Source: Utricularia gibba (taxonomy: Eukaryota > Plantae > Magnoliophyta). Taken from it: a stretch of 64,000 bases of DNA. Every line of letters starts with the position of its first letter. Position 1 is the stretch's first letter. The translations under genes and the position numbers were made by a program. The notes beneath the pieces were generated by a model. That model was not told the DNA's origin. It made no database searches and was given only the letters and a program-made list of their open reading frames with translations. Shown here piece after piece: positions 1 to 12,406 of this stretch. Where the stretch lies: the NCBI GenBank assembly GCA_002189035.1, contig NEEC01000007.1, forward strand, positions 2,728,001 to 2,792,000, read 5' to 3'.

Positions 1-249
1 TCTGGAGAGCCCAACCAGCAATGAATTCCAAGAGCTGACATATCTAACAGACAGATCGTCGAAAACTTGGTGGGCGAGATCAATATTACTCGTCCTGGCA
101 TACGAAGCGATTAATAGCGAGCTGGAGTTTCCCTTTGGAAAAATACCATTTTTTATGATCGCAGCGTGGATGCTTGAAATGGCTGCTGCATCAGGGCAAG
201 CCGATAGTAAACACTTCAAATCATTGAGAAACCTTTTTCGCCCAAGCAT
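1..249 (-). CDS. PLS-class pentatricopeptide repeat protein, N-terminal part (runs off the left edge)
   Basis: Open minus frame from ATG 249: MLGRKRFLNDLKCLLSACPDAAAISSIHAAIIKNGIFPKGNSSSLLIASYARTSNIDLAHQVFDDLSVRYVSSWNSLLVGLSR; 'LI..YAR...ID.A..VFD.L..R.V.SWNSLL.G' is a typical PLS-PPR motif; no introns. Confidence 0.85.
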   Translation of the reverse strand, partial: MLGRKRFLNDLKCLLSACPDAAAISSIHAAIIKNGIFPKGNSSSLLIASYARTSNIDLAHQVFDDLSVRYVSSWNSLLVGLSR

Positions 250-639
250 TTCTAGCGACCCACTCTCGATTCCTGCTCATGGTCTGAACAATAAACATCA
301 TGATTTCGTTTCCTGCTTATTTCGGCAGCCGGCAAAATAACCATGAATACTAGATAGCTCGTGCAATACCTGGTTCAAGCAGCTTACCACGGGGGCAAGC
401 TCTGTAGAAAGCACGGACCAGGTAGGCGCCGAAAGCGCATCCGTAATTGGGTCGTCTGGCAAGGACACACCCAAATCCAGGCTCTCGAAAAGAAGGGGAT
501 TGTGTTTGGGCTCGCCACGGACGTTGCAGCCCACATCAGCAGGCCACGTAGATGACAAAAAGGTCAATTAAGCCCATTCTCATGGCTTGGACACAAGTCC
601 AAGTTTTAGAGTTTGTTTAATAGTTGTATATAGTTTAAT

Positions 640-870
640 TATGTATGTATATATTTAATTGTATATAATATTTAATATTCAATAATAGACGCTTGAGTAT
701 ATAAGTAGTATATAGATATATATATACATATAATATAATATATATATAGATTCTACTTTCTTCATTTATGTATATCACTTTATATATTCAAAAAATATAT
801 ATATAAATAATATAATTATACGATATTAATATACACATATTAATAAATCAAATAATGATATATGTATAAA
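640..870. repeat. AT/TA-rich low-complexity tract
   Basis: Runs such as tatagatatatatatacatataatataatatatatataga. Confidence 0.6.
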
Positions 871-1168
871 TTTGAATATAAATCTTTTATATCCAACTAT
901 CAAGAATCATTAATGATCATACACACTCATCACCATAATCTCAAAAGTGAAATACTCTAAGTTTGGTTTTCATATGGTTACTCATTGATATACACATTTG
1001 CATATAGTATAGTTTGGTTTCGAATTTTCAATACTCGATTCAATTGCAAATTTTCGCCATTTCTTGCCTCTAAATGGACTCCAAACTCAAAATCTGTAGG
1101 CACATTATGCTGAATCTCCACTGCTACAACAAAAAAGTCAAGCTCAGCAGTAAGAGCAGAGCGCCATC

Positions 1169-2989
1169 CTAAGCATAGATCACTCCACTGCCCTCCACAA
1201 CCTCTCCAATGCGGTAGCTTTTCCAACGCTCATCTTCAAGTATCCGTCGCCCTGCTTCTTTATCCACCACCAGAACCATTCCAATCCCCATGTTAAAAGT
1301 GCGTCTCATCTCATCAATCCTGACGTTCCCAGCCTATACACATAGCGTTCCAGAGTGAAGATTTTGATGTTGTTTCAAGGAAGAACTGGCCAGGAGTCTG
1401 CGTGTAGCAGTATAAACAAGCCATCTCACCTCCTGAATCCAGTTGAAGATGGGAAGAACGGGCCAGGAGTCTGTGTATATCAGAGCACCGAGGCCATCTG
1501 GGAATACGCGGGGTATATTATCAGTGAAGCCTCCACCGGTGATGTGAGCTATCCCCTTTACGCCGCCGCCGTTTACGATATCCAGAACCTGTGATCCCGA
1601 AGAAAATAGCTACGGCTCTGACTCAGGAAATGAAGCTGGTGGATGAAGGCTTACTTGGTTGACGTATATGATAGTTGGTGCCATTAGAGCTTCAGTCAAA
1701 GTAAGGGATGATCCTGGTAGAGACTGGTTTAGACTATGGCCGCTTTTCTCTATGACCCTGAGAATGAAAGAATCATCATAAGAAAAGCAAGGATTTACTG
1801 GTTCAAAAACAGTGCATTATCTGCTGGATGAAACCTTCTAACTAAAGAGAATCCATTGGAATGAACCCCACTTGATGGGAGTCCAATAATGGCATCTCCA
1901 ACTTCAATGTTTTTTCCATCAATTACACAGTCCTTCTTCACAATGCCAACTGCAAAGCCACTGAGATCATACTCTCCCTCTGCGTAAAAACCAGGCATCT
2001 CGGCTGTCTGAAATGCGTGGTCAAAACACCAGTCACGCGAAGATTAAATTAGCATAAAAAATCAAGACTTGGAGAGGGGAGCCCTTTGGATTACCTCTCC
2101 CCCAAGAAGAGCACAGTTTGCCTGCTTGCAGCCATCAACTATGCCACTAATAACCTGCAATAAGCTAAACACATTGAATGAGATATTATGCAAGAAGAAA
2201 TGGAAGAATTTGCTGATAAGTACAAGTGTTGAACCTTCTCGGCAAGATCAACATCGAGATGGCTGGTAGCAAAGTAATCCAGGAAAAACAAAGGCTTTGC
2301 GCCAGAGGTGACTATGTCGTTAACACTCATTGCAACCTAACAACAAGATTAATGTTAGTGCTGGAGAAAATTAGGTAAACAGATCCCTGTTTTCTTACCA
2401 AATCTACTCCAATACTCTCATGAATCCCCGTCTCAAAAGCTAGTTTGAGTTTTGTCCCAACACCGTCTGTTCAGCCACAAGATATGAATCCCCTGCAAAG
2501 ACAAGAAGAAGGATGGTAAATGAAAAACAGACATGTCATACCACAGCAGGTTATGGATAAATAACATCACAAAAATACAAAAGTATGGGATGCATGCATA
2601 AGGTAAGCATCAGTTTGCCACAGATAAAAGCTTGATACGAAAATTAGACAAGAGAAGAATACCCAGAGGGAAGAGCCCTCCAAAACCTCCGATTCCAGGA
2701 GTCATCTTAGCAATCCGTCTAACCAATTCTGAACCAGCATCAATGTCAACACCAGCGTCTTTGTAAGTCAAAACATCAGGGCCATGGTTGTCAGTTGCTC
2801 GGCTTTTGGCACTACTGCTGGACATTGAGATAATCCTACTGCTTTTCCCCGTTTTCCTTTGTTCAATCTTTTCGAAACAAATGACAGAACTCCTCTACTG
2901 ACATCATGATGCGTCTTGGAGAAATCTCCACTCGACGTATGTGCAGTAAAGTGTGTTTGCTTTAAACCCAATTTGCAACAAGTGTCCAT
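1169..2989 (-). CDS. PUR5: Phosphoribosylformylglycinamidine cyclo-ligase (AIR synthetase), multi-exon; apparent 1-bp frameshift in the transit-peptide region
   Basis: [108 protein letters not shown]; ends [11 protein letters not shown] at 1169; upstream ATG 2989 is out of frame with ATG 2825 by one base. Confidence 0.95.
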
Positions 2990-4158
2990 CCAAAGCCTGC
3001 CAGAGAATTGAGTAAATTATCATACGCACACGAATGCCAACGTTTTTTCTTAGTCCGCCTAACATAGCAACACACGTAACATCTCAATACTACTCATTCA
3101 TGAAAATACAGAAACCATAAACCCCAATTAGCAAGATTTATCGCTTCCAGTGGGAAAACAGAATAAAGATTGAATCTTTCAAAACAAAGTGGCAAAGGAA
3201 CGATTCAATATTCTCAAAGAAACAACGCAAAGATTCAGTCTTGTAGATTAACCATAACAAAAGAGTGACAATCACCAGTTCACAAAAAAAAAAAAAAAAA
3301 AGAATTTTGAAGAAACGCGACCTGAATCATATCCGAGTAATTTGTAACGGTGAAAATTCGTAAAAATTCATTAAGCCCGCTCATGATGATCGAAAAGTTT
3401 TCAAATTTTCCATACAGTAGCCGATATCAGACACTAGAAGCAAACACTTAAACGGAAAGGAAGTTGAATCCAATCAGCAACTCGAGTTCCCCGCCCTTCC
3501 CCACCAAAACAAACGAACTTCAATAAGAAATGAAGGTTTGATTAATGTTCACCTGATTCGAGTAGCAAGTTGGGAAGAAGGTGAAGAACCAGCGTGCTTT
3601 ACCGCATGAAGGTGAAGTGGGATGTGGACTATAGCCCATCCCAAGAAGACGAAGGCAGAGTTAAGGCCAGATCCAAAGATGGCCAGCGAGACCCATGAAG
3701 AATCAAGCCCAAAACACTGTGAGAGAAGAAGATGCAAATCAATCCGAAAAACCTGCAAAACAGTCACTACACGCCTACAATCAATATATAGCGCATAATA
3801 GAGGGCGAACACGTGGCCATTGATGAATGGAGGTGCGACATACGGACATATTACATTTATCTTTGCAACCCTGTCCACCAAAATTTAATAGTGCGGTTCT
3901 GAACTTGGAAAAAATCTAGAGAGTTTCAAGTCACTCTTCAATAGGTGTTTGGGTCATCTTCCTTCTTGCGAGTACATTCACCTATCATTTTCAAAAATAC
4001 ATTACAATGGTACTTGGATTATGATTCCATTCGAAATAAAAAAACAATTAGAAAAATAATAAATAATATAATTTGCAACATTAAGTTTCTTAATTGGTAC
4101 AAAATATCTCTTCATACTCAATATACTATCCAAGCAATATCTAAGATATAATATCTTA

Positions 4159-4803
4159 AAGAAACCATTCTTTTCCATTGATTCCAAATTAGATGCCTCA
4201 TCCACTCTGGTCCTAGAGAATGGAGAAAGATTGAAGCCCAATCTTGGAGTTTATAATATAGTTCAGCAACTAAATGCTTTCAATCTTCTGGTTGGGTAAA
4301 TGTTGCAAATTCCCTTGAAGAATCTGACTTGAGGTACGATTTGCATATACTTCTCCACCAATAAAAACAATGTTCTGATCAAGGATCTTGTTTTGTTCCT
4401 CAACCGATCCTCAAAGGGAATCATGAACAACATGTTCTTCACCACAAATGTTGCTCAATCTCATGCTCCGGTAGAGAAGGCATCGCTTTCTATCACTCTT
4501 GTCGGAACACACAACAAATAACAAGATGAAGAACTAGTGGATTAGGTTTTGAAGGAGTTAGAGAACTAGTTTGGGAATGAAACTCTAGGTTCATGGGCAT
4601 ACCTCTGACTATATCAGATATGTTTTGCTCAACCAAACCAGAGTTCGTCAACAAACCTACTGAAGAATCGAAAGGTGAAAGATGGGTTGTAGGTTTGTGG
4701 GGATTATGTTATGAGTGCAACATTTGATGGGGTATTGTCATCTAGAAGAATGGTTGCTCGAGCTCTATTGAAAAATAACGCAATTGTTGGAGAAAGAGTT
4801 TGA
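4159..4803 (+). pseudogene. Decayed flavin-containing amine oxidase / FAD-dependent oxidoreductase (At3g09580-like), C-terminal half
   Basis: One frame reads GTICIYFS...DLVLFLNRSSKGIMNNMFFTTNVAQSHAPVEKASLSITLVG...VLKELEN*FGNETLGSWAYL*LYQICFAQPNQ...VCGDYVMSATFDGVLSS, with at least 7 in-frame stops. Confidence 0.85.
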
Positions 4804-5129
4804 ATTAGTATGATATTTTATTACTTTTGGAATACTATTACTTGTGGTTTGATTCTCAATTTGGGTTCACATCTATGCATTTATAGGTATTCACTTACCT
4901 ATTTTGATTGCTATGTCAATACTTCCTTGTAAGGATCGACCTAGCAGTCGTCCTTCTTTGCCACCATTTTCCATCGATCCTCAAACTCCTTCATCTCACA
5001 TAATGACTTGATTCATACCTAAATTATGAAGTGTGAGTTAGGACAACGATTTTTATGCATTGAATGTGGATTTGAGAAAAGCTCATTTTGATTCTATGAT
5101 CAGCCTTGTTCAAAGTCAAACTTTTTTGA

Positions 5130-6000
5130 AAGGTGGAATGTAACTATGGTCATTTCCACCTGAGTTTCTTCAATGGTGAAGAGACGAAATAAGAGTATAG
5201 TATATATATATTTATATACCAGTTTCTTATCAGCAATGGTTCCAATATTGGGGAGCCCTGCATGGGCTAATAGAAAAAGATACTGGTATTATCAGGATGA
5301 AGAAATTGTTTTGCAAACCAACTACAAAGTTTTTTATCCAATAATATACAGAAGTGAGGCCATTGTATGCTATGAAGAAGGAGAATCAGGTATATAAGGA
5401 ATTTAACCATTTTGTTTCTTTTCTATAGAAATATGGATGACTTTATCATTCCATTGTTGATCCTTCAATTCATCCACTCGACCATCATAGTGAAAAATCA
5501 CCATATAGATGCACTGCAAGAAATCAAGGTATAAGATGATTCTATATGAATAAACTGAGACATCAACTAAGAGATGCACAATATAACTTTTTAATAGTTT
5601 TCCTTATCAAAGATTTTTTCTTAATCCCAGTAGACACAGTTATCATTCATTGATGGAAATGGAGCAAAGTAGCTATCATGGGAGAGGTTAGAAGACCATA
5701 AGATTACTCATGCTTCCATCATGGTCACAAGTAATCCCATCTTAAAATTCAAGACAATTGATTTTTTTTTTCTTTTCTCCAAAGAACCAAGATAATGATG
5801 AACACTTTATAATACCTCCCTGAAGAATACTTGAGATTGGACACTCATCATTCTAGAAGTGTTCAATTGAGACTTTAGAGGAGGAGAAGTTAATCCATTT
5901 AGGGTAGACAAAATATATTACCTACATGAAATTTGAGGATAGTTGATATTCTACTTAGCATAACAAAATATTTAATATCAATTGAATGTTCCAATAGACA
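5130..6000 (+). pseudogene. Unidentified decayed multi-exon coding relic
   Basis: Exon-like blocks ending in GT donors (..KKENQ|gtat, ..LQEIK|gtat); protein-like text YQQWFQYWGALHGLIEKDTGIIRMKKLF and DFRGGEVNPFRVDKIYYLHEI interrupted by stops; family not recognised. Confidence 0.35.
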
Positions 6001-7685
6001 CTCTCATCCCACTCTATAACAATGGAATATAGAGATGACATCGGATTTTGACTAAGTGACTCTAATTATACTCGGTTTGAGCTTCATATAACAATCTCCA
6101 ATCACACGCTATCGCATGATCAACTTGGAGGTCAATTTTGGTTAACTCGTTATCTCTATTGTAAAAAAAAAAATGATTCTCCATATAAATTAACTTTATC
6201 CCTATTCTTTGATTAAACATATAAATTAAATTGTTATACCCAAAAATAAAATAGCACATGAATCATTCCAATCAACGTCAAAGGGAACGATGAACCCATT
6301 TTCCACAAGATTCCCACAAATTTGGTGAAACCCGATCTCAACATCCCTCATGAGAAAAAAAGAAAAAAGAAAACGTACACCAATATTCTAAAATCAATAT
6401 TCAATTAAAAGGTTATTTTTGATTTAATCAAAATACATGAATTATATTTTTTAAAAATACTTTAAAATATAATTATTGAATAGGATTCAACCTATTTCAT
6501 AAAGTATTTAATTCAATAAATAATTAAATGGGAATAAGATTTCAAATCATAACACATTGTTCCTGCTGACGTGGACCTCAGCCAGGCCACGCAAATGGGT
6601 GGTCATGCATGTTAGAATCAGGACAGAGTGTGATGCGAGTGGGGGCCCACAGCCAGCTACAAAATGCAGCGGATCCTACTTTCTTTCTTAATAAATTTAA
6701 TAATTATAAATATTGATAAATATCACTATCCACGTCCACTTCAGTTAGGGAATGAATATACCATTCAACAACATCACCACAAGGGTCGCTGGCCGCATCA
6801 TCGACCCCTCAAAATTTATTCAATATTTAATGCATTTTAATAAATGTCACAACAAATGGGACAAAATGTTGTTTGGAAATGTTAAAATGTTGAATTCAAC
6901 TGGGGAATGAATTCAATTCAAATTAATTATTAAATTATTAAATTATTAAATAAATTCAAAAGTAATATAGATAATGTTTGAAAAAATCCATTCAAAATTG
7001 AAAATTTTAATAGAATGAGAATTGATATAGATTTGAAATTACTTTTTTAAAAATAATTATTATAGAATTAATTAATGTTTGGAATGGAAAAAAAAATAAA
7101 AAGTGATATTTATAAGCAAATTACATATTTACCCATATTTATTAATAATCATATTTTATAAATTGATTTAAATAAAAAATATTATATAATATCAATGTTT
7201 ATCAAATTTTTAACTAATATATCGAAGTAGTATTTATTTTAAAATGATATTAATTGTAATTTTGTATTAATAAATGAGTATAATAATAATTAATTTGTTA
7301 AAATCAATTTTTTTTAAAAAAAAAGCTATAGATCCATCTTAGAATTGATTTGATTCTCTAAAATCAATTCTCATCAAATAGAATCAAGTACATATTCAAA
7401 AAGTAAAATCAATTCTTTGAGAATAGAATTGAAGTTATAACAATTAAATTGGTTTTCAAAGATTGGGATATTTTCGACTGATCGGGTAGGTAGAATTGAT
7501 TGGGGTTTTTTTATTGGTAGTTGTGTGTGCAGGAAAGAAAAAAAAAAAGAAAAGAATTGACTACTCTCGGTGTGATTTATTTCGTAACCGGCCCCCAGTT
7601 AGTTGCCAAATTGCAAAACGGGCCATAAAGTTCTATAAATCACGGCACGTTCACTCCTCCTCTGCCTCACCACATCCCCTCAAAA

Positions 7686-10600
7686 ATGGCAACAAACACG
7701 GATCTAAAGAAGGCGTCACGGAGTTCTCGCTGCCTCCACGAGACAATCGCCGCTGTGTGCGACACGTTCTTCCCCTCCATACATCTCTCCGCCGACGCTG
7801 GTGACCCCTCCGTCGTCCAATTTTACGGCACCAGCGCCTCCGCCGCGGGAGTTCCGGAACGCGTGAGTAGTCTCGGACCGAATCCTATGCCCTAATTACG
7901 ACTCATCTACAACTTTGTAACAGCGATATGGTCTCGGATCAGGTCACGGAGTACTTCCAGGGGAAGGTCCGGCATCCGAAGATCGCGCTTGCGAGGCCTG
8001 CGCTTTTGCTGCTGTCGACTTCCGTCGGATCGTTGATCCTCTGCGGGAGAAGATGCCTGTCTCTGACTTTTCCCTACTTCCGGAGATTCTCTCAGCTTTC
8101 GCATGAACAGCGCGAAGACATACTTCTCTCGTGGTCGACGCACTGGTTTTTTCTCCTGAGGATTCTGTACACTTCCCTCAAGCTATTCACACATCTCCTC
8201 TACTTCACCAAGGTAACCAAAAAACTAACTCATTTTCGTGGTTTTTTACTGCAGTTTGAAGGAATTAATTTTTTCTAAAATATTTTTTTACAAATAAAAA
8301 TCTAAATATAGTATTTGGTAAGGATATTTTATTTAAATAGAATGTTTTATATAGGCATTTTAAAATTCATTTTAAAATTTATAAATGAGAAAAATTATAA
8401 TTAAAATATTATTACATATTAAATCCATCTATCCAAAATATATAAATTTAAAAATGATCTTTTAAACTAGGTATATCCCAAGCCAATAGTGTGACGGGAA
8501 TGTTGGTCTTGGAATCTTGTACGGTCTCATAATGAGTACCTCTTTTTTATTTTTTTACCCAAGGTGATACTAGGGGCATTGCTATGTTTGGTAGCTACTC
8601 TCTCAAACTTCGAAATCACAAGGGTTTTTAGGTCCATAGATCTCGCCGGTGCTCTGAATTTACTCCCGGGGAGGGTGGGGCATATCATGAGGAGTACTGG
8701 TTGGCGCTGCCAGGAGTTAATGCATGAAAACAACGTTGGTATCATAACGTGGATGAATTATAAATCTGGTATGTGTCATATATGAAATTGGTAATATATA
8801 ATATAAATTTTTTAACTTAGTGTATATGAGAGATTGTACATATGATCATTTTTCTAAATGTCCTGTTATAATCTACCATTTTGTGAGAAATTGAAGGGTG
8901 TGTTAGAAATCTAATCATACTCTTTATAATATGCGATGAAAATGATAATACTTAATTACAAATTTGTATTTGTGTGTGATAGAATGTGACAATTCGCACT
9001 TTTGTTAATGACCCAAATTCAAGACTTATGTAATATAGTTGGGCAAACAGACCACACATAAACTAATTTCCAATTAGATAAATGGACAAAAAGGTTTTTT
9101 TTAATATACATTAAGATGGGAAATTAATTTTTAATCGAAAATTTACCTCTCATGGGTAGAGGGAAGTGTACAGTGGTAAATATTTATGAACATGGGCAGG
9201 CTATTAATTTTTTCTTTTTTGAATCATCAGGTGGACGACAGAAACGACAACGTATCCTGGAGAGCCATAGGCTACAGGGTTCCGGACAGCACAGGCGCTG
9301 AAGCCCACCAGGAAAAAGGGAACCCTGAAGAAGGGCAGGGACCTCTCTGTAAAGGGATCATCGACACGCGGCAGCCTAGAGAAAGAGTGAAGCGTGGTTT
9401 AGAGAATGCGGGGTTTACGGTTGTTTCTAGTAGTCCGTTAACCGTCAAATGCGACGCAGTGGTTATCGGTTCGGGTTCCGGGGGCGGGGTGGTGGCCGGA
9501 GTTCTGGCAAAAGCGGGCCACAAAGTGGTGGTGCTTGAGAAGGGAAGCTACTTAGCGAGAGGCGATCTCACACTTCTTGAAGGGAAGGCATTGGAAGAAA
9601 TGTACCTGGAAAATGGACTCCTTGCGACCAACGACATGGAAGTGCTGATGCTTGCTGGTTCGACGGTCGGGGGAGGGTCCGCGATCAACTGGTCTGCCTG
9701 CATCAAAACTCCGACCCATGTTAGGAAGGAATGGAGCGACAGGTAGTTTCTTATACGTGGAAAGAAACACACACAATGCACGTTGCAGATCATACATCCT
9801 GTAACTGAGACTAACCTTTCACCAACTCTGTTCAAAAAAGGTACTTTCTGAACTTCTTCGACACTAAGGTGTATGATCATGCACTGGATGTGGTGTGTGA
9901 GAGAATGGGGGTTCAGGAGGTGGTGCATGATGAGGGGCTCCTGAACATGGTGCTAAGGAAAGGGTGTGAAAACTTGGGGTACCCTGTTGAGAACATCCCC
10001 CGGAATGCACCTTCCGATCACTACTGTGGGTGGTGTAGTTTCGGATGCAGAGATGGAAGAAAGAAGGCTACTTCAGAGACATGGCTAGTAGATTCTGTTG
10101 AATCAGGGAATGGTGTGATTCTTCCTAAATGTGAAGCTATCAAAGTGATGATCAGCAAGGTTACCGGGGGAAGGAAAAGGGCCGCCGTCACCGGAGTCGA
10201 ATTTGGATTCCAGAATGAAGATGGTGGTCAAGAAATAGGGGTGGTGGAATGCAGAGTGGTGGTTGCGGCTGCCGGAGCAATCTGCACTCCGCCGCTGTTG
10301 AAGCGGAGTGGATTGAAGAATCCTAGTATAGGAAGAAATCTTCATCTTCATCCGGTGGTGATGGCCTGGGGATATTTCCCGACGACGAGCCCATGGCCGG
10401 AGAGTGACAAAAATAGCTACGAAGGTGGAATCATGACTGCAATGAGTAAAATTGTGGCGAATTTTGAAGATTCAGGGTATGGGGCAATTATACAAACACC
10501 TTCCCTGCATCCCGGAATGTTCGCCGCTTTAACCCCCTGGGTTTCAGGGAAAGATATCAGAGACAAAATGACGAGATTTTCAAGAACAGCCCACGTATTC

Positions 10601-11074
10601 GCACTCGTGAGGGACGTGGGATCAGGGACGGTGATTTCAGAGTACGATATAGCCTACAAATTAGGCGGATTGGATAGAGACAACATACGTAAAGGTATTG
10701 AGCAGGTGCTGAGAATTCTAGCAGCCGCCGGCGCGGAGGAGATAGGGACACAGCACGCCGGCGGACGGGTCCTGAAGGTGAATGAATGTGACGAAGAGGA
10801 GATGGAGAGGTTTGTGAAGGAGGAAAGCAAGAGGCCGTTTAAGAAGCTATCTTCCCCGATTTGCTCGGCGCACCAGATGGGGAGCTGTAGAATGGGAGTG
10901 GATCCACGGTGGTCGGCGGTGGATCCAACCGGGGAAACATGGGAGGCCGAGGGGCTTTACGTGGCGGATTCCAGCGTCTTCCCCACGGCGCTCGGGGTGA
11001 ATCCGATGGTCACCGTCCAGGCCATCGCTTATCGTACTTCCCTCTCTATACTCGATTCCCTCTCACGCCGGTGA
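7686..11074 (+). CDS. FAO4A: Long-chain alcohol oxidase (GMC oxidoreductase), 4 exons (7686-7862, 7943-8212, 9231-9742, 9841-11074), ~730 aa
   Basis: Rossmann motif DAVVIGSGSGGGVVAGVLAKAGHKVVVLEKG, AGSTVGGGSAINWSAC, HYCGWCSFGC, SAHQMGSCRMG, VADSSVFPTALGVNPMVTV; splice phases join in frame. Confidence 0.95.
8564..8768 (+). pseudogene. Stop-containing exon-like gene fragment inside FAO intron 2
   Basis: GC-richer island flanked by tttttacccaag| acceptor and |gtatgt donor; one frame reads GDTRGIAMFGSYSLKLRNHKGF*VHRSRRCSEFTPGEGGAYHEEYWLALPGVNA*KQRWYHNVDEL*IW. Confidence 0.4.
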
Positions 11075-11249
11075 TAATATCCTCTGTGAAATCAACTCAA
11101 TTCTCCCATGTTCTTATTTTCCAATAATCTAATTCTCTTTAGTCAAATAATAAAAAATTAGTCGTCATAAGCAAATAGTTCGAAAGAAATCAGCACTTTT
11201 TTTTTATAATAATAAATAAAATACCTTCCACTGCAAACATGGCCATCAT

Positions 11250-12099
11250 TCATGAATTCTGTGGTGTATTGCCAACTTCCGGGCCTCCAGGTCTCATGGT
11301 CATGGCTGAGGCAAGGACCAAGCCGAGGGCGAGGAAGCCGAGAACCGCCGAGCCGCCGTAAACACCGCTTTTCACTAAGTAGCATTCACCATCCACCCAT
11401 CCCTCGCCGAGTGGCTGGCTTTGGCTAATAACGGTTGCTGAGCTCAGTAGGAAAACTGTAAGCAGGAAGATCACCCTACGCGGAAAATACAATTAGATGA
11501 AAAATAAAGACATCATGATACACCAAATTGATAGAGCAAGAACAAGAAAATTTAATATTTTAATATTTATTTCAAAATAAAACTAAATCCATTAATTCAT
11601 TGGGACCACTATGATAGCGTCGTTTTAGATGTCTTCCCCCTAGTCTCCCTGTTACGCTAGCGCTCCAACTGAAGCTGTAATTTGCATTTAAACCAGGTTG
11701 GTTAATCATTACCAAGAGATGCCGAGTAACACGTACGGAACCGCGTGCGTCGTATTTTTCCGGCGGCAGCGGCGATCCGAACAAAGCTGAAAGTAAACGA
11801 AGAAATTAGCTGTGATTTGACCGGTAAGTAGACAGATCAACGCCGCGATTCCCAATCCAAAAGCCGAGCTCTGTCCCAAGGAACAGATCTTCCCATCGAA
11901 TCTCAGATCATTTTTCTGCAGAGAGAAAAAAAAAAAAAACGAAGAGCACTCAATCGCTCATCGAATATCAAAACACGACGAATCATCTCGAGAGACAAAG
12001 AAGCACCATGGATTTCCTGAATTCGGCGACGATGCAGAGTGCGGCGGCGGCCGTTCCTGTTAAGAGCACCACGATGATGTACCAAAGTGCGGTTCGCAT
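11250..12099 (-). CDS. MWL: DUF1218 family membrane protein (MODIFYING WALL LIGNIN-like), 3 exons (12099-12007, 11915-11713, 11475-11250), ~173 aa
   Basis: LCIVAEFRKSM|KNDLRFDGKICSLGQSSAFGLGIAALICL and QPLGEGWVDGECYLVKSGVYGGSAVL; lies next to FAO4A as At4g19370/At4g19380 do (recalled). Confidence 0.88.
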
Positions 12100-12406
12100 C
12101 TAAATCTACGTATCTCAAACATCGCAGTTGGACATTGAAATTCCAGGGTTTTGGATTTGGGAGCTGGATGCGGGCATCGGATGCTCTCTCGCTTTTATAC
12201 TTTCTTTTTCTCTCGTCTGGGAAACTGCTCACGGCAACTGGATAAAATCCGCTACGCGGCGGCTGTTTTTTTTTCCAGCTAATTTAAGAATTTACACCCT
12301 AATATTAATTTATAACAAATATTAAAATAATATTTATTCAATTTTTGAATTTTGATTGTGACTTTGAGAGAATAACCCCCAACCAATAAATATGCAGTAG
12401 TTCGTT

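Noticed and set aside
298-567. 89-aa minus ORF just upstream of the PPR start
   Set aside because: Non-ATG start, no recognisable motif; probably promoter/UTR sequence
3549-3881. 110-aa hydrophobic minus ORF upstream of PUR5
   Set aside because: No family recognised; part is bounded by AG/GT sites and may be a PUR5 5' UTR exon; insufficient support as a gene
6860-7460. AT-rich stretch with repeated aatcaattct/agaattga and tgtttgga motifs (MITE-like)
   Set aside because: Could not define paired TIRs or a TSD by eye
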